A stretch of DNA of 64,000 nt from Treponema sp. (GTDB lineage: Bacteria > Spirochaetota > Spirochaetia > Treponematales > Treponemataceae). The notes below the pieces were generated by a model. It was not told the origin of the DNA and searched no databases. It saw only the letters and a list, made by a program, of their open reading frames with translations. Below are positions 1-9,364 of the stretch, in pieces. The DNA lies in the NCBI GenBank assembly GCA_017616165.1, contig JAFZYR010000027.1, forward strand, positions 11,520 through 75,519. Direction: 5' to 3'. The translations under genes were made by a program, and so were the position numbers. Position 1 is the stretch's first letter. Each line of letters starts with the position of its first letter.

Positions 1-1145
1 CTCTGGATATTCTGGGACGCACTCCTGTTACCATTTCGCTCAAGGAAAGTCTAGGCTACCTGCGGGGAAAGCGTGTTTTTATAACTGGTGCAGGCGGTTC
101 TATTGGTTCAGAGCTTGCCCGCCAGCTTTTGAGTGGTGGTGCCGAACGACTTTATCTTTTTGGACACGGTGAAAATTCAATCTGCAGTATTTACCGTGAG
201 CTTCGTCTGCTTCAGGCGGAGGGGGTTGGCGAAAAGGCAACCATAGTTCCTATCATCGGTGATATGCGCGACCGTGAATATGTGGATTATATTATAAGAC
301 AGACCAAGTGTAATGTTATTTTCCATTGTGCCGCCTACAAGCATGTTCCTATGATGGAGGAAAATCAGGTTGCGGCTGTAGAAAACAATGTATTTGGAAC
401 AAAAAACCTTCTGGATGCGGCTCTGGCTCACAAGGTAGGACGCTTTGTTTTAATTTCTACAGATAAGGCAGTGGCACCGGTAAGTGTTTACGGTGTTTCA
501 AAAATGCTTTGCGAAAAGCTCGTGCTTGATGCAGCCAAGAAGTCTGCAGGCAGCCAGTCCTTTATGTTTGTACGCTTTGGAAATGTTCTGGGAAGCCGCG
601 GATCAATTCTTCCTGTATTCCAGAATCAGATTAAAACCGGCGGACCAATTACAGTTACCGACGAAAAAATGGAACGCTTTTTTATGACAATTCCGGAGGC
701 CTGTTCTCTTGTATTGCAGACAGGCGGAGTTGGTCAGAACGGTAAATCCTACCTTCTTGATATGGGCGAACCTGTAAAGATTATTGACCTTGCAAAGCAG
801 ATTATAAAATTCAGCGGACTTGAACCGTACAAGGATATTGATATTAAAATTGTTGGTGCACGCAAGGGCGAACGTCTTATTGAACCGTTATGGCTCGAAG
901 AAGAAAACCCTGCGCCGACTAAATACAAAAAAATCCTGCAGCTGGACAACAAGGAATACGAAAGCTCAAGGCTTGATTCGCTTCTTAAAGAGCTTTACCC
1001 TATCTGCTTTTACACAGAGGATAAAAAGGAAGTATTCCGCGACAAGGAAAGGCTCGTAAAGCTTTTGTGCGAGGACTGTCAGAGTCTGCACGACTTTTAC
1101 GAAGAAATAAAAAAAGACGGACAGCTCCGCACTGATTTGTTATGA
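1..1145 (+). CDS. Nucleoside-diphosphate sugar 4,6-dehydratase (CapD/PglF family), 5' truncated by the window
   Basis: The frame is open from position 3: RVFITGAGGSIGSELARQ, HCAAYKHVP, ISTDKAV, YGVSK, VRFGNVLGSRGS, RFFMTIPEA. Confidence 0.93.
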   Translation, partial: LDILGRTPVTISLKESLGYLRGKRVFITGAGGSIGSELARQLLSGGAERLYLFGHGENSICSIYRELRLLQAEGVGEKATIVPIIGDMRDREYVDYIIRQTKCNVIFHCAAYKHVPMMEENQVAAVENNVFGTKNLLDAALAHKVGRFVLISTDKAVAPVSVYGVSKMLCEKLVLDAAKKSAGSQSFMFVRFGNVLGSRGSILPVFQNQIKTGGPITVTDEKMERFFMTIPEACSLVLQTGGVGQNGKSYLLDMGEPVKIIDLAKQIIKFSGLEPYKDIDIKIVGARKGERLIEPLWLEEENPAPTKYKKILQLDNKEYESSRLDSLLKELYPICFYTEDKKEVFRDKERLVKLLCEDCQSLHDFYEEIKKDGQLRTDLL

Positions 1146-1152
1146 GGAAAAA

Positions 1153-2361
1153 ATGGCAGAAATAAAGGTTCCGTTTCATAGGGCGGCAATTACAAAGGCA
1201 GAAGAGGATGCAGTACTGGATGTTCTGCGCTCAGGCTGGCTCACAACAGGCCGCTATGCCTTAGAGTTTGAAAAAAAATTCAGTCAGGCTGTGGGCAGTA
1301 CAGAAGACAACCCCATAATAAGTCTTGCCGTAAACTCCAACACAAGCGGAATGATTCTTGCAATGGAAGCCTGCGGGGTACGTGAGGGCACTGCCGTAAT
1401 TACCACGCCCTACACCTTTGTTTCTACTGCTGCCTGTGCACGTCACCTTAATGCAGATGTTTATTTTGCAGACGTAGAAAAAGACACCTACAGCATAGAC
1501 CCGGATAAAATAGAAGAAATATTAAAAAAGGATTTTGACGGCGAAAAACGTGTTCGCGCCATTGTACCGGTGCACATAGCAGGAAATGTCTGCAATATGA
1601 AGCGCATTATGGAGCTTGCAAAGCAGTACTCTACACCGGACAGAAAAATCCGTGTAATAGAAGATGCCGCACACTCCTTTCCTTCGCCAACCAGCTTAGG
1701 TTATGCCGGAACAATCGGAGACGCCGGAGTTTTTTCCTTTTATGTAACCAAGACAATTACAACTGCCGAAGGCGGAATGGTATGTACACGCGACAGCGAG
1801 CTTGCACGCCGCATGACAGTAATGCGCCTGCACGGAATGGACCGTACAACCTGGGACCGCTACACTTCTCCACGCGCAAGCTGGGAATATGACATAATTG
1901 CACCGGGCTATAAGTTTAACCTTCCGGATGTGCTTGCTGCCATAGGCTCGTGCCAGGTAGACCGCGCACAGCTTTTTTATGAACAAAGAAAACGCATTGT
2001 AGAAAAATATAACGAAGCTTTTGCAAAGCTGGACTTTATTCAGCTGCCGCCGGACGGAGAAGGAAATGCCTGGCACCTGTATCTTATGCGCATAGTACCA
2101 GACAAGCTTACGATTACACGCGAACAGTTTGCAAAAAAAATGCAGGAAGCAGGACTTGGCATTTCCGTTCACTTTATTCCGATTTTTCATTTTACTTACT
2201 GGCGCAAGCTTTATCCTGAATTTACTGCACAGGCCTACCCTAATGCAGAACGTCAGTATCAGGCAACAATTTCTATTCCATTATTTCCGGACATGACGGA
2301 CGAACAGGCACAGCTTGTAATAGATACTGTAAAGCAGATAGGAGAGCAGAATCATGCCTAA
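1153..2361 (+). CDS. DegT/DnrJ/EryC1/StrS PLP-dependent sugar aminotransferase
   Basis: SGWLTTG, IEDAAH, FSFYVTKTITTAEGG motifs. Confidence 0.93.
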   Translation: MAEIKVPFHRAAITKAEEDAVLDVLRSGWLTTGRYALEFEKKFSQAVGSTEDNPIISLAVNSNTSGMILAMEACGVREGTAVITTPYTFVSTAACARHLNADVYFADVEKDTYSIDPDKIEEILKKDFDGEKRVRAIVPVHIAGNVCNMKRIMELAKQYSTPDRKIRVIEDAAHSFPSPTSLGYAGTIGDAGVFSFYVTKTITTAEGGMVCTRDSELARRMTVMRLHGMDRTTWDRYTSPRASWEYDIIAPGYKFNLPDVLAAIGSCQVDRAQLFYEQRKRIVEKYNEAFAKLDFIQLPPDGEGNAWHLYLMRIVPDKLTITREQFAKKMQEAGLGISVHFIPIFHFTYWRKLYPEFTAQAYPNAERQYQATISIPLFPDMTDEQAQLVIDTVKQIGEQNHA

Positions 2362-4630
2362 AAAAGCGGCAGCAGAAAAAACAAGAAAATGCTCTATGGA
2401 AGCAACCGGCTTTTACAGTGATGCAAGCCGCGACGGAATGCTGTATGCAGTTCTTGTGCGAAGTCCTGCTGCAACCGGAAAGGTAAAAAGCGTAACAATT
2501 CCCTCTCTTCCCGAAGGCTATTATTTGTTTACCGCCGATGATATTCCCGGAATAAAAAAGGCAACCATCAACGGCCAGCAGTGGAAGATCCTTGGTTATG
2601 ATGATGTTTCTTACAGCGGAGAGCCTGTGGGCATTTTGTGCGGCCCTGACGAAAACAAGGTTCTGGAGCTGCTTGAGGATGTATCCGTAAACTTTGATAT
2701 TGTCTCTCTTGAGTCTGCGCTTGAAAAAGCAATGAAAAGGCAGCGTGGTCCTGTAGTTAAGCTTTCTAAAAAGGATGATTCCGATATTTCTTCTTTTGTA
2801 AACGAGATTAATGATTTGCCTTCGCTCGACACTGTTATTGACAATAGACGAATTGAACAGAACAAGGAAGAAACCGTTGCCTCACGCGATATAAGAACCG
2901 GTGTTTTTGCAACCAAGCCTCCTTCAGTGGCCGAAAAAAAGGTTTTTGGAAACAAGCATGACTTTATAACAGAAGAAACCTGGAACCTTAAGCTTGTACC
3001 ACCGTTGTGGAAGGAAACCTGCGGGTCGTTCTGCTGGAAGGACGGCAAATATCTTCATATTTCTGCACCAACCAGATGGACCATGCATCTTATGAAGACT
3101 GTTTCCGAAGCGCTTAATATTCCAGTTGAAAATATAATTGTTCATAAAACAAAAACCTCGGGAGTTTTTTCCAAGGGCTTGTGGCGTACCTCCGTGCTTG
3201 CGGCTCAGGTTGCGCTTGCCTCTTATATTACAGCCAAGCCGGTAAAGCTTATTCTTACTCAGGCAGAGCAGGATTCATACATGGCGCCTGGTGTAAAAAC
3301 AAAGGTCACCTACAAAACCGCTGTAAACAAGGACGGAATTATAAACGGTATTTCTGCAAACATAGATATTGATGTAGGCTGCTTTAATCCTTTTGCACAG
3401 GAAATTACAGACCGCATGTCCATCATTGCCTGCAATTACTACAAGCCGCACAATGTACATATTGTTGCAACCGCGCATACTTCAAAAAATCCGCCGACTT
3501 CTATCTGTATAAGAGGAATTGATTCTCCTGTATTTTTTGCAATCGAAAATCATATTCAGAAAATTGTTGAACAGATAAATATGCTGCCCGACGAGCTGCG
3601 CCTTAAAAATCTTAACCTGCGCAAAAATGATTTTCCTTTCCTTTTTGAAAATGAAAATTCCATGCAGACCTTTTCGCGCGCAATTCAGATAAGCGATTTT
3701 AACCGCAAGTATTCTTCGTTCAACATGGACGCGCTTGATCGCATTCAGGAAAACAGCAATCCGTTCTTTGCCCTGCCCCTGCGTGGTATTGGAATTGCCA
3801 GCGCCTTTAATGTTTCTGATTATTATGCAACCAGCTGCTTTCCGTCAGAGGACAAGGTAGAGCTCACGCTGCAGCAAAATGACCATCTTACAATTCATGC
3901 AATTAATCCGTCTCAGGGTATTCAGGAAATATGGAAAAAAACTGCCGCAGACATTCTTGAAATAAAAAAGGATTTTGTAACTATAGATTCCGACTTTGAA
4001 GTTGATGACCTGCCTGTTCAGCCGGAGGATACCTGTAATACAATCAGTTCGCTCAATGAGCTTATTAAAAAGGGCTGTCAGGATATTCAGAAAAAACGCT
4101 TTAACCTTCCGCTTCCTATATCAGTAAAAAAATCTTCTTCGGCAACTGCAAAAAAAAGCTTTGACCGCGAGACCTTTAGCGGAACTCCATTTGGAACCAC
4201 TTCTTATGCAACTGCTGTTGTAGAGGTTGAGCTTGATACCTATACCTACAACGAACGCATAAAGGGCATATGGCTTGTAATTGACTGCGGTGAGCTTTTT
4301 GACAAAGTTGCTGCCCTTAGGGCAATAAGGCTTGAGATTCAGCAGGAGCTGGAAATGCTCGTAGAAGAAAAATCCATTCCCTGCGAAAACATCAATATAG
4401 AATTTATTCAGTCAAAAAATAAATCGGGTCAGCTTGGAGAGCTTGTACGCAATACTCTGCCGGCAGCCTTTTCTTCGGCCCTATCCCTGGCGCTTGCTAC
4501 CCAGCTGACAAAGCTTCCTTGTACCGAAAAACAGCTTTTTGAACTTATTAAGCAGCGCGAAACAAGATCAGAAGAAAAGACAGATGAAAAGGAACAGAGT
4601 ACAGAAAAAAATGAGGAGGAGAAAAAATGA
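2354..4630 (+). CDS. Xanthine dehydrogenase-family molybdopterin-binding subunit-like protein (divergent)
   Basis: LYAVLVRSP, TADDIPG, AKPVKL, RGIGIA, AVVEVELD, IDCG; upstream of 2Fe-2S and FAD subunits. Confidence 0.75.
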   Translation: MPKKAAAEKTRKCSMEATGFYSDASRDGMLYAVLVRSPAATGKVKSVTIPSLPEGYYLFTADDIPGIKKATINGQQWKILGYDDVSYSGEPVGILCGPDENKVLELLEDVSVNFDIVSLESALEKAMKRQRGPVVKLSKKDDSDISSFVNEINDLPSLDTVIDNRRIEQNKEETVASRDIRTGVFATKPPSVAEKKVFGNKHDFITEETWNLKLVPPLWKETCGSFCWKDGKYLHISAPTRWTMHLMKTVSEALNIPVENIIVHKTKTSGVFSKGLWRTSVLAAQVALASYITAKPVKLILTQAEQDSYMAPGVKTKVTYKTAVNKDGIINGISANIDIDVGCFNPFAQEITDRMSIIACNYYKPHNVHIVATAHTSKNPPTSICIRGIDSPVFFAIENHIQKIVEQINMLPDELRLKNLNLRKNDFPFLFENENSMQTFSRAIQISDFNRKYSSFNMDALDRIQENSNPFFALPLRGIGIASAFNVSDYYATSCFPSEDKVELTLQQNDHLTIHAINPSQGIQEIWKKTAADILEIKKDFVTIDSDFEVDDLPVQPEDTCNTISSLNELIKKGCQDIQKKRFNLPLPISVKKSSSATAKKSFDRETFSGTPFGTTSYATAVVEVELDTYTYNERIKGIWLVIDCGELFDKVAALRAIRLEIQQELEMLVEEKSIPCENINIEFIQSKNKSGQLGELVRNTLPAAFSSALSLALATQLTKLPCTEKQLFELIKQRETRSEEKTDEKEQSTEKNEEEKK

Positions 4631-5127
4631 ATGTACCAATAATTTTGAACGGAAACAAAACCATTCTTGATGCTCCTGCCGATGAAACCTTAATGTCTGT
4701 TCTGCGAAAGATTGGCTGCTCCAGTGTAAAATGCGGCTGCAAGCAGGGCTCGTGCGGCTCGTGTACAGTTTTACTTAATGATAATCCGGTGGCCACCTGT
4801 AAGATTCCGCTTGGAATAATTCAGAATACAGACATTGTAACGCTGGAATATTTTGAACGCACTAAGGAATATTCACTTATCATAAAGGGCTTTGAGCTTG
4901 CGGGCATTAAGCTTTGCGGACTATGCAATGCGGGAAAAATCTTTTGCGCCTACCAGCTTTTAAAAATGAATAAGATTCCTTCGCGTGCAGAAATACGAGA
5001 AATGGTAAGAAGCCTGGCTCCCTGCTGCACCGACTTAAATACACTCATAAACGGAATTGTGATTGCCATAGAAATACGCGACCATGGTCTTGAGCGTGTT
5101 ATGAAAAAAATGGAGAGAAACAGATGA
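4627..5127 (+). CDS. Xanthine dehydrogenase-family 2Fe-2S subunit
   Basis: KCGCKQGSCGSCTVL...C and CGLC...CCT cysteine motifs. Confidence 0.85.
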   Translation: MNVPIILNGNKTILDAPADETLMSVLRKIGCSSVKCGCKQGSCGSCTVLLNDNPVATCKIPLGIIQNTDIVTLEYFERTKEYSLIIKGFELAGIKLCGLCNAGKIFCAYQLLKMNKIPSRAEIREMVRSLAPCCTDLNTLINGIVIAIEIRDHGLERVMKKMERNR

Positions 5128-5918
5128 AATCAATTTTATTTGCAAAAAACATTTCTGAACTTTTTTTCCAGCTCAAGAGCAATAAGGAGCTTACGGTTGT
5201 TGGCGGCTGTACACATCTGGACCAGCTGCCCGAAAAATCTATAAGCACCTATGGCATTCAGGAATTAAATCATATTACAAGGCACGAGCGCTTTCTGGAG
5301 ATTGGTCCGGGAACAAGTCTGGCGCAGATTCTTTCAATTGGACAGACTCACCTTCCCTCTGTTTTGTATGATTCTATTTTGAGCATTGCAAATCCAATCA
5401 TAAGAAACATGGCAACAATAGGCGGCAACATCTGCATTGAAGGCCACAAGCACACGCTTTTTGCACCGCTCATTGCCCTTGACACAAAGCTTGAACTTCA
5501 AAGTCCTGCAGATACCAAGCTTGAAACATTGCAGAACTTAAAAAAGATTCCGGACGGATATATCTTAAAAAATATACGCATACCGCTTATGTATCCGGAG
5601 GTTTCTATTTTCAGGCGTATTGGACCTGAGCATACTGTAACACAGCATTCTGCTTCCTTTGTTTTTTTGGGCGATACCGAACGTAATACGCTTGTGGACG
5701 TAAGGCTTGCCTTTGCAGGTCCGTTTGTTTTTAGAAGCCGCACTCTTGAAAATGCAATTATTGGTCACCGCCTGCCGCTTACAAAAAAAGATATTGATGA
5801 GATTCAGGAAATGGTAGTGGGCGAATTCCAGAAGGCCGCTACCGACCAGATGATTAGTGATGTAGTACGCCAGCAGTTTTTGAATCTTACAAGATACAGC
5901 TTTGAGCAGTTAACTTAA
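5124..5918 (+). CDS. Xanthine dehydrogenase-family FAD-binding subunit
   Basis: VVGGCT, IRNMATIGGNI, VRLAFAG motifs. Confidence 0.8.
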   Translation: MKSILFAKNISELFFQLKSNKELTVVGGCTHLDQLPEKSISTYGIQELNHITRHERFLEIGPGTSLAQILSIGQTHLPSVLYDSILSIANPIIRNMATIGGNICIEGHKHTLFAPLIALDTKLELQSPADTKLETLQNLKKIPDGYILKNIRIPLMYPEVSIFRRIGPEHTVTQHSASFVFLGDTERNTLVDVRLAFAGPFVFRSRTLENAIIGHRLPLTKKDIDEIQEMVVGEFQKAATDQMISDVVRQQFLNLTRYSFEQLT

Positions 5919-6361
5919 AACTCTACGCTGTCTGCATAAAATAAAAGATTTCCATCTTCGGCATTTTCTCTAAGTATACCGGTAACTGTAATTTGTGATT
6001 CCTGTGGGGGAAAGTCTTCCGGAAAGCTCATTGTGTCTGGTGGTATAAAATCCATGCCTGCCGGGCAGCAGAGTGTGGCATCCCAGATGATTACAGAATA
6101 ATAGCGTATATCTTCTTCAACCTCTGTGTAAAACTGGCCGCTTATTTTTACTGTCTTGTCTGCATATTTTTGCGGCTCTATGAGCATTTCAAAGGTAATT
6201 GAAGAAATCATATTGTAGTTCATATTTGAAAGGTCGTAGTCTATTTTTGGTTCTGCGACTACAGGTTCTGTCTGCACTACAGGCTCCTGCGATACAACCT
6301 GATTTTTTTTACAGGAGAAAATGAGCAAAGCTGCAATTGTGACAAATAAAAGTTTTTTCAT
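5915..6361 (-). CDS. Lipoprotein at the end of the metal-uptake operon (DATxCC motif)
   Basis: Spirochaetal lipobox LIFSC; WDATLCC di-cysteine motif; ITVTG. Confidence 0.7.
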   Translation of the reverse strand: MKKLLFVTIAALLIFSCKKNQVVSQEPVVQTEPVVAEPKIDYDLSNMNYNMISSITFEMLIEPQKYADKTVKISGQFYTEVEEDIRYYSVIIWDATLCCPAGMDFIPPDTMSFPEDFPPQESQITVTGILRENAEDGNLLFYADSVEF

Positions 6362-6365
6362 TTTT

Positions 6366-7214
6366 CTAATTCCTTTTTAGGGCAAGGCTTATAAGCTTGC
6401 AGATTATAAAGCCAGCAATATCCATGATAACAATTGTTGAACCGACCGGTGTTCCTGTAATTATCGAAATGAGTATTCCTGCAACGGCACAAAAAACCGA
6501 AAAAACACAGGCAAAAATTGTTACATGCTTAAAGCTTTTAAAAAGCTGCATTGATGAAACTGCCGGGAAAATTATGAGTGCAGAAATGAGGAGCGTTCCA
6601 ACAAGGTTCATTGCAAGAACAATTATTGTTGCAATAACTGCAGCCATTATTATATTTATGAGCTTTGTATTTGTGCCGCCAGCAAATGAAAAATCTTCGT
6701 CAAAGGTAACGGCAAAAATGCGGTTGTAAAATAAGACAAAAAATATAATTACCAGGGCAGAAATTACAACCGAAAGAAGCATATCTGACTTAGTGAGTGT
6801 AAGGATAAGTGTTGAACCAAAAAGCGTGGTACACACATCACCCGAAAGATTTGCCGGAGGAGAAAAAATATTCATGAGAAAATAGCCCACGGCCAGAGCA
6901 CCTACAGAAATCATTGCAACAGAGGCGTCACCCTTTATTTTGGAATTTTCTTTGGCACACAAAATAATGATTGCGCAGATTACAGTTACCGGAAGCACAA
7001 AAAGCGTGTCGCCGGAAAGCTTAAGAATTGAAGCAATTGCCATTGCGCCAAAGGCTGTGTGAGAAAGTCCGTCGCCTATGTAGGAGAAGCGTTTTAAAAC
7101 CAGGATTACTCCCAGCAGTGAAGAACAGGCGGCAATCATAACACCGGCAATAAAGGCATACTGAACAAATGAAAAAGAAAAGTACAGGCTTAGGGTTTCA
7201 AAAAATGAACTCAT
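6366..7214 (-). CDS. znuB: Zn/Mn ABC transporter permease (ZnuB family)
   Basis: Hydrophobic; GDGLSHTAFG, TLFGS, VGTLLISALII. Confidence 0.88.
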   Translation of the reverse strand: MSSFFETLSLYFSFSFVQYAFIAGVMIAACSSLLGVILVLKRFSYIGDGLSHTAFGAMAIASILKLSGDTLFVLPVTVICAIIILCAKENSKIKGDASVAMISVGALAVGYFLMNIFSPPANLSGDVCTTLFGSTLILTLTKSDMLLSVVISALVIIFFVLFYNRIFAVTFDEDFSFAGGTNTKLINIIMAAVIATIIVLAMNLVGTLLISALIIFPAVSSMQLFKSFKHVTIFACVFSVFCAVAGILISIITGTPVGSTIVIMDIAGFIICKLISLALKRN

Positions 7215-7852
7215 TTAAGTGCCTCCATTTTTTCAAGCGTGATGATTTTGCCGGCATATTTTTGAGCCGCTTCCTTGTCATGACTTATTGTAATTACAGT
7301 AAGGCCGCCCTTGTTTAATTCATAAACAATTTCGTGCATCTTGCGTACGGCATCAGAATCAAAGCCCTTGGCAGGCTCATCCATAACAAGCACCTGGCTG
7401 GCAGCACACAAGGCTCTTGCAAAAAGCACGCGCTGCTGCTGACCGCCCGAAAGCTCTTTAAAGCTTTTGTTTGCATAGTCAGACATACCAAGCAGCTCAA
7501 GATTTTTTAATACTTTCTGATGATGCTGCTTTTTATAGAAGGGTAATAATCCCAGCTCTGCCTGGCAGCCCGAAAGGACAATTTCGTAAACGGTTGCAGG
7601 AAAGGTTTTTTGAATTTCTGAAGTTTGCGGAAGGTAACCTATTCCCTTTTTGTTCCATTGTGTGGAATAAGTAATGGTTCCGCCAAGCGGCTTTATAAAA
7701 CCAAGAATAGTTTTTACGAGGGTTGATTTTCCGCTTCCGTTTTCGCCAAGGATATAAACCGAATCTCCCTTTTCAATTGTAAGATTCAGATTTTCCTGGA
7801 CAACAAGAGAACCATAACCTAAGCTAAGATTTTTACACTCTATAAGACTCAT
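7211..7852 (-). CDS. znuC: Zn/Mn ABC transporter ATPase (ZnuC family)
   Basis: GENGSGKST, LSGGQQQR, MDEP, ISH. Confidence 0.88.
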   Translation of the reverse strand: MSLIECKNLSLGYGSLVVQENLNLTIEKGDSVYILGENGSGKSTLVKTILGFIKPLGGTITYSTQWNKKGIGYLPQTSEIQKTFPATVYEIVLSGCQAELGLLPFYKKQHHQKVLKNLELLGMSDYANKSFKELSGGQQQRVLFARALCAASQVLVMDEPAKGFDSDAVRKMHEIVYELNKGGLTVITISHDKEAAQKYAGKIITLEKMEALK

Positions 7853-8808
7853 CTGAGCGCTTCCTTTAATACCTCAAGATTTTTTTTCATTGCAGAAAGA
7901 TAGGTTTTTCCGGCCTTTATTTCCTTCTGGTTAATTGACTGGATTGAATCCATTTCGAGGATTGTCTGATTTTTAGCCGAGCTTGAAGCAACAATTGTTT
8001 TTGCAATTTTCTTGTCTGATTTTTCAAGAGTGATTACAGCCTTGAGCTTAAGCTCATCTAGCTTTTGTGCAAGAAAGGTAATTGTTTCAAAGCTTGCTTC
8101 TGATTCTGCACTGCAGCCTATAAAGGCAGCATAATATTTAAGTCCGTAATCTTCGGTAAGATAACGGAAAGGAAAGCGGTCGCCAAAAAGAAGAATGTTT
8201 GTTCCCGACTGAGCAACAACCTGTGAATACTGTGCGTCCAGTGCCTTTAACTGATTTATGTAGGCAGCGGCATTGCTTTTGTATACAGCGGCATTTTTTG
8301 AATCAAGCTTTTGAAGCTGCTCGCTAAGCTGCTCTGTGATAATTACAGCATTTTTAAGCGAAAGCCAGATGTGTTCATCGTATTCAGGCTCTTCTTCTTC
8401 GCCCTCTTCCTCTTCTTCTTCCTCGCCCTGCATGCCTTCTACAAGCTCTTCTTCGTAAACGCGGTCACCGAGTGTCTGCATCATATTTACAACGAGCATG
8501 CTTTTATTATTTGCGGCATCTAATACCTTTTCTACCCATTCATCACTTTCGCCGCCAACATATACAAAAAGATCACATACAGAAATTTTTGCAATATCCT
8601 TTACCGAAGGCTGATAGCTGTGAAGGTCTGTACCCTTATTCAAAAGCAGTGTTACCTCAAAGCTCTGAGCCTTGTCTCCAAGAATATTCATAACCCAGTC
8701 ATACTGCGGAAAGGTTGTACACACAATAGATTTTTTTGAAGCCGCAAAGGCATTAGAAGTAAGAGCAAGCAGCAGCGCTGCAATTAATATTTTATATATT
8801 TTTTTCAT
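7849..8808 (-). CDS. znuA: Zn/Mn ABC transporter substrate-binding protein (ZnuA/AdcA family)
   Basis: Signal peptide, DLHSYQPS, DEHIWLS, acidic loop. Confidence 0.88.
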   Translation of the reverse strand: MKKIYKILIAALLLALTSNAFAASKKSIVCTTFPQYDWVMNILGDKAQSFEVTLLLNKGTDLHSYQPSVKDIAKISVCDLFVYVGGESDEWVEKVLDAANNKSMLVVNMMQTLGDRVYEEELVEGMQGEEEEEEEGEEEEPEYDEHIWLSLKNAVIITEQLSEQLQKLDSKNAAVYKSNAAAYINQLKALDAQYSQVVAQSGTNILLFGDRFPFRYLTEDYGLKYYAAFIGCSAESEASFETITFLAQKLDELKLKAVITLEKSDKKIAKTIVASSSAKNQTILEMDSIQSINQKEIKAGKTYLSAMKKNLEVLKEALR

Positions 8809-9220
8809 TTTGATTTTCCTTACATTTTGGACAGATTCCGTTCAGGGTTGAAAGGCCTAAATCAATCTGTAGTCCAAGCGTTTCTGAAATTGCTTTAAGG
8901 TAAGCGTTAGTTTTTTTATCTGCAAGGTGGATTACCGAACCGCATTTGCAGCACTGAAAATGAATATGATCTTCACAATGCAAATGTTCGTCTGCATGCT
9001 GGTAAATATAACCTTCGCTGACCATTGATTTGTGCTTTATGAGCTGACCATTTTCTGTCATTTTATCAAGATTGCGGTATACAGTAGTTTTATTGACAGC
9101 AACTCCATGCGCGCTTAAAAATTGGGAGAGCTCTCCTGCAGTAAAGCCGTTTTCCTGTCTGGAGCAGATAAATTGAGAAATAAGGTCTGTAGTCTTGGTA
9201 TGATAAGACTTTTGCAACAT
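8792..9220 (-). CDS. Fur-family metalloregulator (probably Zur)
   Basis: TTVYRNL helix, HIHFQCCKCG and GICPKC motifs; first gene of the metal ABC operon. Confidence 0.9.
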   Translation of the reverse strand: MLQKSYHTKTTDLISQFICSRQENGFTAGELSQFLSAHGVAVNKTTVYRNLDKMTENGQLIKHKSMVSEGYIYQHADEHLHCEDHIHFQCCKCGSVIHLADKKTNAYLKAISETLGLQIDLGLSTLNGICPKCKENQNEKNI

Positions 9221-9256
9221 GGTTGCAAATTTATATTATTATTTGGAAAATGTCAA
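9211..9256 (-). promoter_or_regulatory. Sigma70 promoter (TTGACA-17-TAAATT) with an 8-3-8 palindromic operator over the start codon
   Basis: -35 at 9251-9256, -10 at 9228-9233; TTTGCAAC-ATG-GTTGCAAA at 9211-9229. Confidence 0.7.
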
Positions 9257-9270
9257 CAGTATATAATAAC

Positions 9271-9351
9271 GTAGATTGCCACGGCCTTCGGCCTCGCAAT
9301 GACGATAATCGCTCTGTCATTGCGAGGCCGAAGGACGACGTGGCAATCCAC
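9271..9351. repeat. REP-like family A inverted doublet
   Basis: GTAGATTGCCACGGCCTTCGGCCTCGCAATGAC ... GTCATTGCGAGGCCGAAGGACGACGTGGCAATCCAC. Confidence 0.9.
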
Positions 9352-9364
9352 GTATGATAATTAA

